Positions 1 through 10,100 of a stretch of DNA of 64,000 nucleotides are shown here, piece after piece. Made by a program: the position numbers and the translations under genes. Each line of letters begins with the position of its first letter. Position 1 is the stretch's first letter. The DNA is taken from NCBI GenBank assembly GCA_016188495.1, contig JACPHU010000010.1, forward strand, positions 349 through 64,348, written 5' to 3'. Origin of the DNA: Candidatus Uhrbacteria bacterium. Lineage in GTDB: Bacteria > Patescibacteriota > Patescibacteriia > UBA9934 > GWF2-40-263. The notes under the pieces were generated by a model that searched no databases, was not told the DNA's origin, and saw only the letters and a program-made list of their open reading frames with translations.

Positions 1-161
1 CCTTCCACAACAATCCAAAATTCTGATCTGCGTTGATGTCTTTGATAAGAATTGCGTTTGCCTGGATAAACTGTGTGACGTTTCACCTGATAACCAGGGT
101 GCGTTTCAAGAATAGTATAAAACCCCCAAGCACGAACATTTTCTGAAGGTAAGTCAGACAT
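1..161 (-). CDS. cupin-domain protein, 5' portion only (mannose-6-phosphate isomerase type II / GDP-mannose pyrophosphorylase C-terminal cupin-like); gene runs off window edge
   Basis: Reverse translation gives MSDLPSENVRAWGFYTILETHPGYQVKRHTVYPGKRNSYQRHQRRSEFWIVVEG; pattern 'WG.Y..L...Y.VKR..V.PG.R.S.Q.H..R.E.WIVV.G' typical of cupin_2 mannose-6-P isomerase-like proteins. Confidence 0.55.
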   Translation of the reverse strand, partial: MSDLPSENVRAWGFYTILETHPGYQVKRHTVYPGKRNSYQRHQRRSEFWIVVE

Positions 162-174
162 AACAATGATGTTA

Positions 175-325
175 AGAGATCTCTTTCAAAACTCGATGAG
201 ATTGCGGTGCACGGGCTGCTGAGCTACGCGAACCCTATTCAGAATAGGGAGAGCGGAGTCAGCCCGCCCGAACGACTGAACAGAATTGCTCGTCGTTCAG
301 TCGGGCGGGCGGGCGCCGAGATCTC
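175..325 (+). repeat. Family-1 structured palindromic element, divergent copy A with nested hairpin insertion; right end overlaps rnhB stop codon
   Basis: Left arm AGAGATCTCTTTCAAAACTCGATGAGATTGCGGTGCACGGGCTG shares the subterminal motif with copies at 24175, 32135, 45641, 54433; terminal GAGATCTC repeated at both ends. Confidence 0.6.
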
Positions 326-932
326 AAAAATGAAAATTTAATCGATGAATATCACAGAGACCTTGTAAACTAATCGCTTGTTTATGCTCAATCGTTCCAT
401 ATCCTTTATGTTTCTCAAATCCATATCCTGGATATTGTTGGGAAAGAGTCTTCATTAAACGATCCCTAGTGACTTTAGCAATAATAGAGGAAGCGGCAAT
501 AGACTTGACCGATTGGTCTCCACGGATAATCCCTTTTTGAGGACAAGAAAGATCCGGAATCGTCCAGGCATCCACTAACGCATAATCAATCCCTGACAGA
601 TCTTCCACAGCCCGGCGCATGGCCAAATAATTTGCTTGTCGAATACCCAAGGCATAAATCTCATCCACACTCGCACTCCCAATACTCCACGCAACGGCTC
701 GTGCAGTAATTAATGTATAAAGCTCTTCACGTTGAGATTCGCTTAAAAGCTTACTGTCTCTCAGTCCTCCAATACGAGAATTTAAAGGTAAAATAACCGC
801 TCCCGCCACTACAGGGCCAGCCAAAGCCCCGCATCCTGCTTCATCCACGCCAACAATTCTTCGATACCCGTGACCCGCAAGCATTCGTTCGTATTTAAAT
901 GTGGGAACTGTTTTGATTGACATGAAACTCAA
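324..932 (-). CDS. rnhB: ribonuclease HII
   Basis: 202-aa ORF; N-terminal '[21 protein letters not shown]' RNase HII catalytic motif and overall RNase HII layout. Confidence 0.9.
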   Translation of the reverse strand: MSFMSIKTVPTFKYERMLAGHGYRRIVGVDEAGCGALAGPVVAGAVILPLNSRIGGLRDSKLLSESQREELYTLITARAVAWSIGSASVDEIYALGIRQANYLAMRRAVEDLSGIDYALVDAWTIPDLSCPQKGIIRGDQSVKSIAASSIIAKVTRDRLMKTLSQQYPGYGFEKHKGYGTIEHKQAISLQGLCDIHRLNFHF

Positions 933-1000
933 TTTTTCCTAATATATTGACGTATTTCTTTATCAGGATCGCCCAACGATCTTTTATACCCACATTCATT

Positions 1001-2992
1001 ATGACCATTATACAGTACGCTTTAGCCGCCGGAGTCCTTGCTATTGCCTGGGGCGCTGTTCTCACCCAATGGATTCTTAAGCGTCCCGCAGGAGAAGGAA
1101 AAATGAAAGGTATTGCCCTTGCTATCCAAGAAGGAGCCAATGCTTACATGGCCCGTCAATATAAAATGATCACCCTCATTGGAATAATCATCTTCCTGAT
1201 TCTCGGTTTTACCCTTACCTGGACCCTTGCCCTTGGTTTTCTTGTAGGAGCCGTTCTCTCTGGACTTGCCGGATATATCGGTATGTCTGTTTCTGTCCGG
1301 GCCAATGTGCGTACAACAGAAGCGGCAAAGAGCGGACTGTCCCAAGCCCTTGACGTAGCGGTCCGCGGTGGAACCGTCACCGGACTGTTAGTGGTGGGAC
1401 TCGCCTTATTGGGAGTCACTGGCTTCTATGCCCTTACCATGGATATCTCCGCATTGATTGGTCTTGGATTCGGCGGATCTCTTATCTCCGTCTTTGCCCG
1501 ACTTGGTGGAGGAATCTTCACAAAAGCGGCTGACGTAGGAGCTGACCTGGTTGGAAAAACAGAAGCAGGTATCCCGGAAGATGATCCACGCAACCCAGCC
1601 GTGATTGCCGACAACGTCGGTGATAACGTCGGTGATTGTGCAGGAATGGCTGCTGACTTGTTTGAAACCTATGCCGTCACTCTTGTGGCTACCATGGTCT
1701 TAGGAAACCTTCTTGCCCCAAACTCCGATGTGCTTGTGATGTATCCTCTGGCTCTTGGATCTATCGCCATCGTTGCCTCCATCATTGGAACATTTTTCAT
1801 TAAACTCGGTAAAAGCCAAAACATCATGGGGGCCTTGTATAAAGGTCTCGCTGCTGCCGGAGTACTGGCGGCTGTAGGATTTTGGTTCATCACAAAAGGA
1901 TTTAATTTTTCCGGAACAGGAATGGAAGCAATGCCTTTGTTCTGGTCAGCCCTCCTTGGTCTTGCTGTCACAGGTTTTTTGATTGTCATCACAGAATATT
2001 ACACAGCCACGCACTATAAACCGGTTCAAAAACTCGCAGAAGCTTCACAATCAGGACACGGAACCAACATCATTGCAGGTCTGGCTCTTTCCATGAAATC
2101 AACAGCCCTGCCAGTGATCACAATCGTTGCTGGAATCTTAATTGCCTATGATCTTGCAGGACTTTACGGAATTGCCATTACCGCCGTTGCAATGCTTTCT
2201 TTGACAGGAATCATTGTGGCTATGGATGCTTATGGTCCTATCACAGACAACGCCGGCGGAATTGCAGAAATGAGCGATCTCCCTCCTGAAGTTCGCGCGG
2301 TCACAGATCCATTGGACGCCGTTGGAAACACCACCAAAGCCGTAACCAAGGCTTACGCCATCGGCTCAGCAGGACTTGCCACGCTCGTGTTATTTGGCGA
2401 CTACGTTCATACCATTGAAGCCACTGGGGCAAAAATCGTCTTTAGTCTTGTGGATCCACAAGTGATTGCAGGACTCTTTATCGGCGGACTTATTACATAT
2501 CTTTTCGCCGCTATGGCAATGGAAGCGGTAGGAAAAGCCGCGGGTGCGGTTGTGGAAGAAGTTCGACGTCAGTTCCGTGAAATTCCAGGAATCATGCAAG
2601 GAACCGCTAAACCAGAATATGGAAAAGCCGTAGATATCGTGACAGCCTCAGCCGTCAAATACATGATTGCCCCTTCATTACTAGCTGTATTTTCTCCTGT
2701 AATTGTAGGATTTGGATTAGGAGCCGAGGCTCTTGGAGGATTATTGATTGGTTCCATTATCACAGGACTGTTTGTAGCCGTTTCTATGACCACAGGCGGT
2801 GGGGCGTGGGACAATGCAAAAAAATACATTGAAGCAGGAAACTACGGTGGAAAAGGATCTGATGCCCACAAAGCCGCGGTAACTGGTGATACGGTTGGTG
2901 ATCCATACAAAGACACTGCCGGACCTGCCATCAACCCAATGATTAAAATTCTCAACATTGTAGCCCTCCTGATCGTAGCTCTGATTGTCTAA
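1001..2992 (+). CDS. hppA: membrane-bound proton-translocating pyrophosphatase (H+-PPase). Start set at the internal ATG ([11 protein letters not shown]...) rather than ORF-track 947.
   Basis: Motifs '[43 protein letters not shown]' and '[18 protein letters not shown]' are diagnostic of V-type H+-PPases; multi-TM protein about 660 aa. Confidence 0.9.
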   Translation: MTIIQYALAAGVLAIAWGAVLTQWILKRPAGEGKMKGIALAIQEGANAYMARQYKMITLIGIIIFLILGFTLTWTLALGFLVGAVLSGLAGYIGMSVSVRANVRTTEAAKSGLSQALDVAVRGGTVTGLLVVGLALLGVTGFYALTMDISALIGLGFGGSLISVFARLGGGIFTKAADVGADLVGKTEAGIPEDDPRNPAVIADNVGDNVGDCAGMAADLFETYAVTLVATMVLGNLLAPNSDVLVMYPLALGSIAIVASIIGTFFIKLGKSQNIMGALYKGLAAAGVLAAVGFWFITKGFNFSGTGMEAMPLFWSALLGLAVTGFLIVITEYYTATHYKPVQKLAEASQSGHGTNIIAGLALSMKSTALPVITIVAGILIAYDLAGLYGIAITAVAMLSLTGIIVAMDAYGPITDNAGGIAEMSDLPPEVRAVTDPLDAVGNTTKAVTKAYAIGSAGLATLVLFGDYVHTIEATGAKIVFSLVDPQVIAGLFIGGLITYLFAAMAMEAVGKAAGAVVEEVRRQFREIPGIMQGTAKPEYGKAVDIVTASAVKYMIAPSLLAVFSPVIVGFGLGAEALGGLLIGSIITGLFVAVSMTTGGGAWDNAKKYIEAGNYGGKGSDAHKAAVTGDTVGDPYKDTAGPAINPMIKILNIVALLIVALIV

Positions 2993-3003
2993 GTGTAAAA
3001 AAT

Positions 3004-3038
3004 AAAACACCTTGGCTAAAAAGCTGTGGTGTTTTTTT
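3004..3038 (+). terminator. rho-independent terminator after hppA
   Basis: AAAACACC...GGTGTTTTTTT stem-loop plus T-run. Confidence 0.6.
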
Positions 3039-3092
3039 AATTTAAGAAGGTAATGAAACTCCCCGCGAGCCAAGCTGACGGGGTATCAGGCT

Positions 3093-3141
3093 GCATATTC
3101 CCTGAGCGGAGGAACGTTGCGACGAACCGTAGTCGAAGGGT
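3093..3141 (+). repeat. Family-2 short dispersed repeat, copy a
   Basis: GCATATTCCCTGAGCGGAGG...GTAGTCGAAGGGTG; same conserved ends as copies at 18047, 31945, 44791(-), 52374. Confidence 0.7.
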
Positions 3142-3282
3142 GCAAATACAGCCTTCGACGGATTCGACCATTCGACAAGCTCATGGCAGGCAGCTCACCG
3201 CAGACAGGCTCAGGCAATAAAATACGCAGCCGTTCGATCTACTCACGACAGGCAAGCTGACGGGGTATTTACCCTGAGGGAA

Positions 3283-3311
3283 TAAAAAACGACTCTCCAT
3301 CAGAGAGTCGT
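3283..3311 (-). terminator. rho-independent terminator for minus-strand gene 3341..3913
   Basis: CGACTCTC-CATCAG-AGAGTCG hairpin followed (on minus strand) by T-run. Confidence 0.55.
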
Positions 3312-3340
3312 CACGTGAACCGGAAAGAAAAAATTCTTGA

Positions 3341-3913
3341 CTATCCCTGGTCGACCTGAGCCAGTGGTCGATATCGACACTCTCCGAACTCTACGCCCGA
3401 CGACTGAGCAAAGGTGTCCAGAAGTTTCCGGTACTCGGTCTTGATCACCGTACGGGAAGACACCCTGTCAAACTCGGTCACCCCATGCAGATAGATCACG
3501 TTGTCTGGTTCCAATTCTGTACCGCCCCACCAGATCTGTATGCGATACATACCGTCGGACATTCCCCCTATCCTTTCGATGCTCTTAGCCCCCATGTTTC
3601 GAAACTGCTTTATGAGTAGAAGTGCACTGTTCGTCATGGGTATACTGAATGAACAGTCCGACGGCGGGGTAATATTGATGCGGAACGAACCATCTAAAGA
3701 CAACGAATCCTCCGCCAAGGGCACAGTTTCCAACTCAACGAGCACTCTATCCTTCAATGACGTAAGCTTCTGGAACTCCACCTGGAATTCGGTCACGACA
3801 GGAGGAACAGTTAACCCTTCCTCTGCGAGTTGGTTAAGATATCCCAACACCGCATCGAAAGAAAATCTAAAACCATCCGCCACGTGATTACGCACACCGA
3901 GCTCTTTGGACAT
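3341..3913 (-). CDS. hypothetical protein (190 aa), first gene of the candidate island, divergent from the rest
   Basis: Long ORF with no recognizable motif; divergently oriented relative to 4091..; downstream terminator present. Confidence 0.5.
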   Translation of the reverse strand: MSKELGVRNHVADGFRFSFDAVLGYLNQLAEEGLTVPPVVTEFQVEFQKLTSLKDRVLVELETVPLAEDSLSLDGSFRINITPPSDCSFSIPMTNSALLLIKQFRNMGAKSIERIGGMSDGMYRIQIWWGGTELEPDNVIYLHGVTEFDRVSSRTVIKTEYRKLLDTFAQSSGVEFGECRYRPLAQVDQG

Positions 3914-4006
3914 GACGTTCTCTTTTTATTAAGGAGTGTTCGTAAATCCGTAGTTTTACTTCCAGGACGGCAGGAAGTTGAAAATATATTACTTTCTTCA
4001 ATTTTT

Positions 4007-4022
4007 GTCAAGTATTCTTGAC
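4007..4022. promoter_or_regulatory. 16-bp perfect palindrome GTCAAG-TATT-CTTGAC in divergent intergenic region (candidate operator / -35 overlap)
   Basis: Seen directly; lies between divergent ORFs 3341..3913(-) and 4091..6073(+); contains TTGAC -35-like hexamer. Confidence 0.35.
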
Positions 4023-4090
4023 TTTTTTACCTTCAAAATTTACACTCACCCCTCGTTCTTTTACAAGTAAAACTGCTTAAGGAGCTAAAA

Positions 4091-6073
4091 ATGGCAAAAA
4101 AAGTTGGACTTAGCAATCGAGACAGACAAACCGCTCTGGTTCACGCGACATTTAATCATGGCAATTCTCTCTCAGGCAACGTAAAAAAAGTTCCTGGAAC
4201 TTTTTCAGATACCACGAGTCTTCAAACACAGTGGTTTCTAGAAAACACACAAACAACGGCCATGAAGGACGCCCTGCTCATACAACAGGTGCTCATGCGT
4301 ATGGTAAGGATGAAAAAAACCCAAAGAAATACCCTGTCAGAACCGGAACTTTTAGAAAAACTGGTAAACCGACTCATCAAAATAGCACGGCCGGAAATTA
4401 TTTCTTATCTGGAAGAAACAGAAAAACATCATCTCTATTTTAATGATTTAAACCAGATGATGTCTGTTTTTTCCTGGATTCAAAAAAAGGTGGGGGAAGA
4501 ACTTGGATATAAAGGTGGGGGAAGACAAATCCCCGGCAGCAACCATAGAGCAAAAGATGATGTCTTTTGGAAAAACGTTTATTCCATGAGCTGCCAGCTC
4601 TTTGGATTTTTCCAAGATCATTGGGGATGCTTCTGCACAGAAAAGGAAGCGGTCCCTATTCAGTCGGCCCAGATAACGATTCGCGCGTTTGAAATTATCT
4701 ACAAACTCATGAGCACTGTGCCTCCCTGCAAAGTACTTCGTCTGGTCCAAAGCGCCCATCAGGCAAGAATAGACTTACAGCAGATAGAACGTATTGCTCT
4801 GAGTCATATCCCCATGCGAATAGACGATTTCATCCAGCTTATGGCTGATAAAATCCTTACGCCAAAAACAAGCATACTCTTCCTCAAGTATCCGGAACTC
4901 ATTGACGCACTCTCTTATGAAGGAATCCGACATCTTTTCAGACGATGGAAAGAATCCGAGAGGAAAACAAATATCCTTGTCTTTGCCCAATCGATCAGAC
5001 AGGAACTGTATCCCGATACGCTTCCAGACGGAATAAAAACGGAGTGGGAGATATTGGAACATCCGCGATTATTTTCATTCCTTCATGCGTTGCACGGAAC
5101 AACACAAGGAGAAATATCCTTTTCTTTTCCTGACCACGCCTACGCACCCGGTCTCTATACACCCAGTAATGCGATGATCCTTCTTCCTAAAACGGTTCCG
5201 ATGCTTGTCGCAAGGCAGGACCAACCCCTGATCCAAGCATCACCTCGCCAAGAAGAAGGCGAGTATGATTACCCTATTCTCGATCTGGATGAAGATGAGA
5301 ATGAATCTGATGCACTGACTCAGATAACGTGTATACAGACCGCAGAAAATTTCTTCTGTGAAGAAGTTTTCTCTCTCTGGACGGAACGAGCGGAAGCCTA
5401 TTCAGCGTCACATGAGAATCCTTGCCTACTCACTTCAAAATCGGAAACCTCTCTTTGGGAAGAATCTGCTGATGTGGAAAATCCCTGGGACGTTGTTATC
5501 TATCTGATCGAAGAAGATCTGAAAGAAAAGCTTGTTGCTTCTGCGACTGAAGATCCTGATCTAGTGGATTTGATGCAAGAAATGCAAGCCGTTCATCGTT
5601 TGCTAAACTTCGCTCGCGCGGGAGATGCTGAGGGAGTCCTCGATTGTTGGGCCTCCTGGATCGATCCCATCCGCGGTCGAATAAAAAAACTCGATGGGCG
5701 ACTTAAACAGACAGAGAAAGAGGTAACGATTTCAACTCTCTTGAAAGAAGAGGTTCTGCCAATTTCTCTGGTGGAGGAGTGTGAAACAGAAGAAATGACC
5801 GTACAGGAAACACCTGCGGTCTCCCTCCAAATACAAGAACCTTCTCCTGTCCAAGAATTGACACCCAGCGTGGAAATCCCTGCTGAAAGTCAACTCGTGA
5901 CACAGACAAGGGAACTCCTTGCTAAGCTACCTGTGGGATCCATGCGCAAACAGCTTAAGAAAAAGCTGGATACGCTCATCGGGGAAGCGACGCAAGGCGA
6001 AGGCGCATCCCTAAAAGCAGCCTTCACACATCTGCAGGGAGAAATCCAAAGCCTGCTTGACGTTATTTCCTAA
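4091..6073 (+). CDS. hypothetical protein (660 aa), acidic C-terminal region, no recognized domain
   Basis: Long uninterrupted ORF directly upstream of the SNF2-MTase gene; C-terminal Glu/Asp-rich low-complexity segment. Confidence 0.55.
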   Translation: MAKKVGLSNRDRQTALVHATFNHGNSLSGNVKKVPGTFSDTTSLQTQWFLENTQTTAMKDALLIQQVLMRMVRMKKTQRNTLSEPELLEKLVNRLIKIARPEIISYLEETEKHHLYFNDLNQMMSVFSWIQKKVGEELGYKGGGRQIPGSNHRAKDDVFWKNVYSMSCQLFGFFQDHWGCFCTEKEAVPIQSAQITIRAFEIIYKLMSTVPPCKVLRLVQSAHQARIDLQQIERIALSHIPMRIDDFIQLMADKILTPKTSILFLKYPELIDALSYEGIRHLFRRWKESERKTNILVFAQSIRQELYPDTLPDGIKTEWEILEHPRLFSFLHALHGTTQGEISFSFPDHAYAPGLYTPSNAMILLPKTVPMLVARQDQPLIQASPRQEEGEYDYPILDLDEDENESDALTQITCIQTAENFFCEEVFSLWTERAEAYSASHENPCLLTSKSETSLWEESADVENPWDVVIYLIEEDLKEKLVASATEDPDLVDLMQEMQAVHRLLNFARAGDAEGVLDCWASWIDPIRGRIKKLDGRLKQTEKEVTISTLLKEEVLPISLVEECETEEMTVQETPAVSLQIQEPSPVQELTPSVEIPAESQLVTQTRELLAKLPVGSMRKQLKKKLDTLIGEATQGEGASLKAAFTHLQGEIQSLLDVIS

Positions 6074-6210
6074 TGCACGCCTCAAGACCGTCCTTTTATA
6101 AAAAGGGCGGTTTTTAATAGACAAAATCAAAACTCTCTGCTAAAAACAGGGGTCGCGTAAAGACCTCTCTCTTAACGCGAAGCCCTTTCCAAACCAACGG
6201 AGCGATACCC

Positions 6211-9200
6211 ATGTCTATCACCCAAAAAAGGATGCTGAATCTTCTGTCGGGTATGACCGATGGGGAACGCAAATTCGAGTTCTTCAAATATCTCTTTGAA
6301 CGCAATGAACTGACAGAACATGACCTGTATGAACTTCTGGTAAAGTCTATTGAGCGTAATCCGAGCTATTATTTCGAACAGATCACCAAGAACGATCTGC
6401 TCAAATATCTTTGGCACCGATTTCAAGCCTATCCTGAAACGCTCGCCAGAGCACTCGTACGAGTATGTCCAGAACTGTTCTACGGCAACCATGAATGGGT
6501 CACGCGCCTTATTATTCGCCTCCAAAGCGACAAACGCCTGGGAACAGAACTGGGCATGATTACCGTGGCCCCCAAGCAGGGAACAGGCCAAGGATCCAAC
6601 CGACTGACGGTGGCAATCAATGAGAAGCTGATACAATCCATTCCTCGTGACGTACGGGATCTTGATGTGGAATGTCGTATACGGGAACTCTTGTACTGGT
6701 ATTCACGCGACCCGAAACTAGGAGCGGAATATACCCAGGAACAGATCGACAGTGCAAACCCTTATGAAGCACAGGTGTGGAATCTGGCTCGAACGCATCT
6801 GGATCACTACCTCAAAGAATCTTTCCCACAGACCGTATCAAAGATGAATGACCGACTCTTTCCGGCCATGCATGTGCGCTGGTGGCTGGATCGCTCTGCC
6901 GCGCAAACGCGCGTTCTCAACATTGGCGACACTGGAACGTATAAAACCAGTTACTCGGTCCTGGCGATGCGTCAAGCAGAAGCAAAAAAAGTACTGATCT
7001 TTTGTGCGGCTAACGCCAGAGCGAACTGGGAACAGGAACTGAAACTCTACCTACCCCATCTTCGGGCTGTCGGTCGAGTAGAAATCGTACAAAACTCCAG
7101 TCATGTTATTGCCGATAATGCAGAATTCATTATCGTAGCTTACACGACGTTGGTCCATCGTCCCGTCATCCAAATGCTCAAAGAGCAAAAAATCGATGGA
7201 ATTATTTGGGACGAAAGTCATTACGGGAAAAACGTGGTAGGAACCACTCCTGCCAAACGTGCTTTGGGAGCATTGGAAATTATTCAATCCCATGTTCCGT
7301 CTCTTAAAAAAGTGGTTGCCAATTCTGCTACACCTTGGGAAAACAGTCCGGAAGAAATAGCTGCTCTGGCGTGCATATTGCGCCCCGAGCTTTTTCCAAA
7401 CCCTCGAGAATTTCTGCGGTCGGGCGCCTACGCCAGTCCGCGATTCCTGCGAGCCTTATTTGAGACGTGCATCCTGGATATCGGGCTACATGAAGTGCGG
7501 GAACTACCCACGATTGATCCAAAACCTTGGGAAGACCTCTTTAATCCTGTCGCGATCCGGATGACCCCGCCTCAGGCAGTCCTCTATCAGCAGCTTCTGC
7601 ACCAAATCCCTGATCAAACAGATGAGGAAGATTCTCTCAAAATCATCAATGGTGTGGATGGGAGCCAGAAAGTCCGTTATCTCTTATATGCCTGCGATAT
7701 GCCTCATGTGCTCGCGCGCGTGGCAGAATACGATTGGCCCGCAGAGATCGAAGACGCGTTTGAAGACTGGAGCTTCTCGGCCAAGCTCGTGTGGCTAAAA
7801 GACCAGATCGATCAAAACATCGGAACAGCCAAAATCGTGGTGGCGTCTGGAATGTATGTTTCTGGCATCACCAAACCGATCAAAGATGATGAAGAAATCC
7901 TCTGGATCGGACGTCAGTTACGGGAATGGTATGGAGAAAAAACAGTCTTGATTTTAGATGGGGATGTACGCATTGGCGAGGATCGCAACGATCTGATCAA
8001 ACAATGGCGAACGCAAGAGTCTGCCCGAATCCTGCTGGTCTCCATGAAGACCTGTCCGGATTCGATTAATCTGTCTGTCACTATTGAAGACGATCCCACA
8101 CTCAAAGAACTCCTCGTCATCGGGTTTGCTCTGGATTGGAAACCTTGGAAACAATTCCTCGGGCGATTCTGGCGTGAGGGATTACGCATTCCTATGCGTT
8201 ACGTCTGTCCTGTGCTGCAAGGCACGATCGACGAAGCCCGCATGGAACTGAATCGCCGAAAATGGAAGTCACTCACGCGTTTCCGTTCTCGAGTTCCTCC
8301 CACAGACGAGGAATGGACGAACTATTCAAAATCAGACAGCGCCACGCTTTCAGACCTTATGCGCAGCCCAAAAGAATGGGTGAGCATCGTCAATAACGAT
8401 GTCCGAGGCATCGGCGAGGAAGCCGCGCGCTGTTATCTGGATAAAGAAAACGGTCTCTCCACTCAGGGAGAACAGTTCGCCAGAAGCTTCCTTGCCGCTC
8501 AAGAACACATGGCCTCCGGTCACATCGCCCGCCATATGCGCTACGTGTTGCAGCAAGGCCTCATTCCTGGGGGGATCCTCACGGACTCCACGCGGATTTT
8601 GGACGCGGGATGCGGACCAGCAACACTAGCGCGAACACTCCAGATGCCCGTCACAGGTGTAGATCTCAATCCTTGGATGATCACTGTGGCGCGCGAAGCA
8701 AATCCTGAGCTCACCCTCAATTGTCAGGTTGGAACCGTGAGCCAACTTCCACCTTCTTGGACAGGACGATTTCGTTTAAGTGTCTGCTCCATGGTTCTTG
8801 ATTGGACACAATTGGGAACGATCCAAGATTCACAAAGAATCAAAGCTCTTATGGAATTGATTCGAGTCACAGATCCTCATGGACTCATTTGGTTAACGTT
8901 CAATGAAAAAGCTTTAGACGAGTCACTGTTTAAAACATGGACCCAGGCTCTGAAAAAGAGCGGTTGTGAACTCTCACCACTCACGGGTTTCGTCGTCCCT
9001 GTAGAACAGGCGGGAAAAAAGAAACCAGACTTCGCTTTCTGGTCGATCGTCTTCACTGCCGCTGGACATCATCTGACTCCGTTTGACCCGTTATCTTTCC
9101 GATTCCGGTTTGAACTTGAACAGATGAAATACAAGCAGGCAAAGACAGGTTATTCTTCTAAGTCCTCAAAGGATCTAGAACCGACCTGTTATGAACGGTT

Positions 9201-9396
9201 CGTCATCAAAGATCCTGGAGCCTATGAGACATCAGACACCGTGGGCGTCCGACAAACACTCCTTACAGAACTCACACGATGGAGCAAGGTCGAAGGAAAA
9301 CCCATCAATATCTCCCAACAGGTGACAGACTTGTTTGGAGCCGATTGGAGAATCCTTCAACAGCTTCAAAAACGAGGAATTATCTCCTTCACCTGA
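6211..9396 (+). CDS. SNF2-family helicase fused to class-I SAM-dependent methyltransferase domain (1061 aa)
   Basis: Helicase motifs: I 'NIGDTGTYKT', Ia 'LIFCAANARANWEQE' (SNF2 '...NW..E'), II 'IIWDESHYGKN' (DEAH-x-x-KN), III 'SATPWENSPEEIAALACIL', helicase-C 'LLVSMKTCPDSINLSV'. MTase motifs near aa 795-930: 'ILDAGCGPATLA', post-I 'VTGVDLNPWMITVA', 'FRLSVCSMVLDW', 'LIRVTDPHGLIWLT'. Confidence 0.75.
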   Translation: MSITQKRMLNLLSGMTDGERKFEFFKYLFERNELTEHDLYELLVKSIERNPSYYFEQITKNDLLKYLWHRFQAYPETLARALVRVCPELFYGNHEWVTRLIIRLQSDKRLGTELGMITVAPKQGTGQGSNRLTVAINEKLIQSIPRDVRDLDVECRIRELLYWYSRDPKLGAEYTQEQIDSANPYEAQVWNLARTHLDHYLKESFPQTVSKMNDRLFPAMHVRWWLDRSAAQTRVLNIGDTGTYKTSYSVLAMRQAEAKKVLIFCAANARANWEQELKLYLPHLRAVGRVEIVQNSSHVIADNAEFIIVAYTTLVHRPVIQMLKEQKIDGIIWDESHYGKNVVGTTPAKRALGALEIIQSHVPSLKKVVANSATPWENSPEEIAALACILRPELFPNPREFLRSGAYASPRFLRALFETCILDIGLHEVRELPTIDPKPWEDLFNPVAIRMTPPQAVLYQQLLHQIPDQTDEEDSLKIINGVDGSQKVRYLLYACDMPHVLARVAEYDWPAEIEDAFEDWSFSAKLVWLKDQIDQNIGTAKIVVASGMYVSGITKPIKDDEEILWIGRQLREWYGEKTVLILDGDVRIGEDRNDLIKQWRTQESARILLVSMKTCPDSINLSVTIEDDPTLKELLVIGFALDWKPWKQFLGRFWREGLRIPMRYVCPVLQGTIDEARMELNRRKWKSLTRFRSRVPPTDEEWTNYSKSDSATLSDLMRSPKEWVSIVNNDVRGIGEEAARCYLDKENGLSTQGEQFARSFLAAQEHMASGHIARHMRYVLQQGLIPGGILTDSTRILDAGCGPATLARTLQMPVTGVDLNPWMITVAREANPELTLNCQVGTVSQLPPSWTGRFRLSVCSMVLDWTQLGTIQDSQRIKALMELIRVTDPHGLIWLTFNEKALDESLFKTWTQALKKSGCELSPLTGFVVPVEQAGKKKPDFAFWSIVFTAAGHHLTPFDPLSFRFRFELEQMKYKQAKTGYSSKSSKDLEPTCYERFVIKDPGAYETSDTVGVRQTLLTELTRWSKVEGKPINISQQVTDLFGADWRILQQLQKRGIISFT

Positions 9397-9484
9397 GATG
9401 CGCACGCATCTCTTTTTTATTGACCAGATTCAGCAAAATTGTTAGGATTTTTTCTTACAACTTTTGTAAGAAAAGGAGGAGATC

Positions 9485-10084
9485 ATGTCTTTATCCAAAT
9501 CGCTCTTTCAACTAACCGTCCAGGAACTGGCCAAGATTCTGCAAGGACAGGACCTAGAACTCCCTGACGGGAGAGTGATAAAGATCCTTAAGACGGATTA
9601 CTACACTCGGACAGAAAACGAGAAGGGAAGTTACAAACCCATGCTCAACATGGAACCGGGAAGCGTCTATGTTGCGCGTATCATGAATGCTTTTTTGTTT
9701 TTGATTGTGGCTCTGGAAGGAACCGACTCTGGAGCCTGTGTGCGAGTGACGAGCATCCAAACTCAAAACGGAATCATCAAAGGACCGGGGCGCGTAGGAA
9801 CATGGATAGGCTTCAATATGCATCAACAGACAGGTCGTCTAATGGAACGTGAAGGGAAACCTTTGTTACTCAGTATGGAGGGAGTTCTGACACCGGAAAT
9901 TCTTCCTGTTCAGAAGACTGTGCTCATCCCCATAACAGACAGCGTTCTCTCAAAATACACGGATCATCTTGCGATCCACTTTATGTCAGAACGTTTGGAT
10001 GAAGCCTACGAAGAGTTTCTGGAACGGATAAAGAGGGAATGGATTACGGAAGACGAATTAAAAAAACGTCTAGGGATCAGTTAA
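9485..10084 (+). CDS. hypothetical protein (199 aa) in island
   Basis: ORF with AGGAGG RBS upstream (GAAAAGGAGGAGATCATG); no recognized motif. Confidence 0.55.
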   Translation: MSLSKSLFQLTVQELAKILQGQDLELPDGRVIKILKTDYYTRTENEKGSYKPMLNMEPGSVYVARIMNAFLFLIVALEGTDSGACVRVTSIQTQNGIIKGPGRVGTWIGFNMHQQTGRLMEREGKPLLLSMEGVLTPEILPVQKTVLIPITDSVLSKYTDHLAIHFMSERLDEAYEEFLERIKREWITEDELKKRLGIS

Positions 10085-10100
10085 TTCAAGGAGGATCTCT

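Noticed and set aside
1022-2829. Multiple minus-strand ORFs (1022..1345, 1156..1419, 1426..1614, 1669..1992, 2390..2599, 2569..2829) inside hppA
   Set aside because: Antisense shadow ORFs fully overlapped by the strongly supported H+-PPase gene; low-complexity Pro/Ala/Arg-rich translations.
3093-3141. Hammerhead/other small ribozyme in family-2 repeats (contains CUGAGCG ... GUCGAA)
   Set aside because: The core does not fit hammerhead CUGANGA...GAAA...UH topology, and copies occur in both orientations relative to transcription, which favours a DNA-level repeat.
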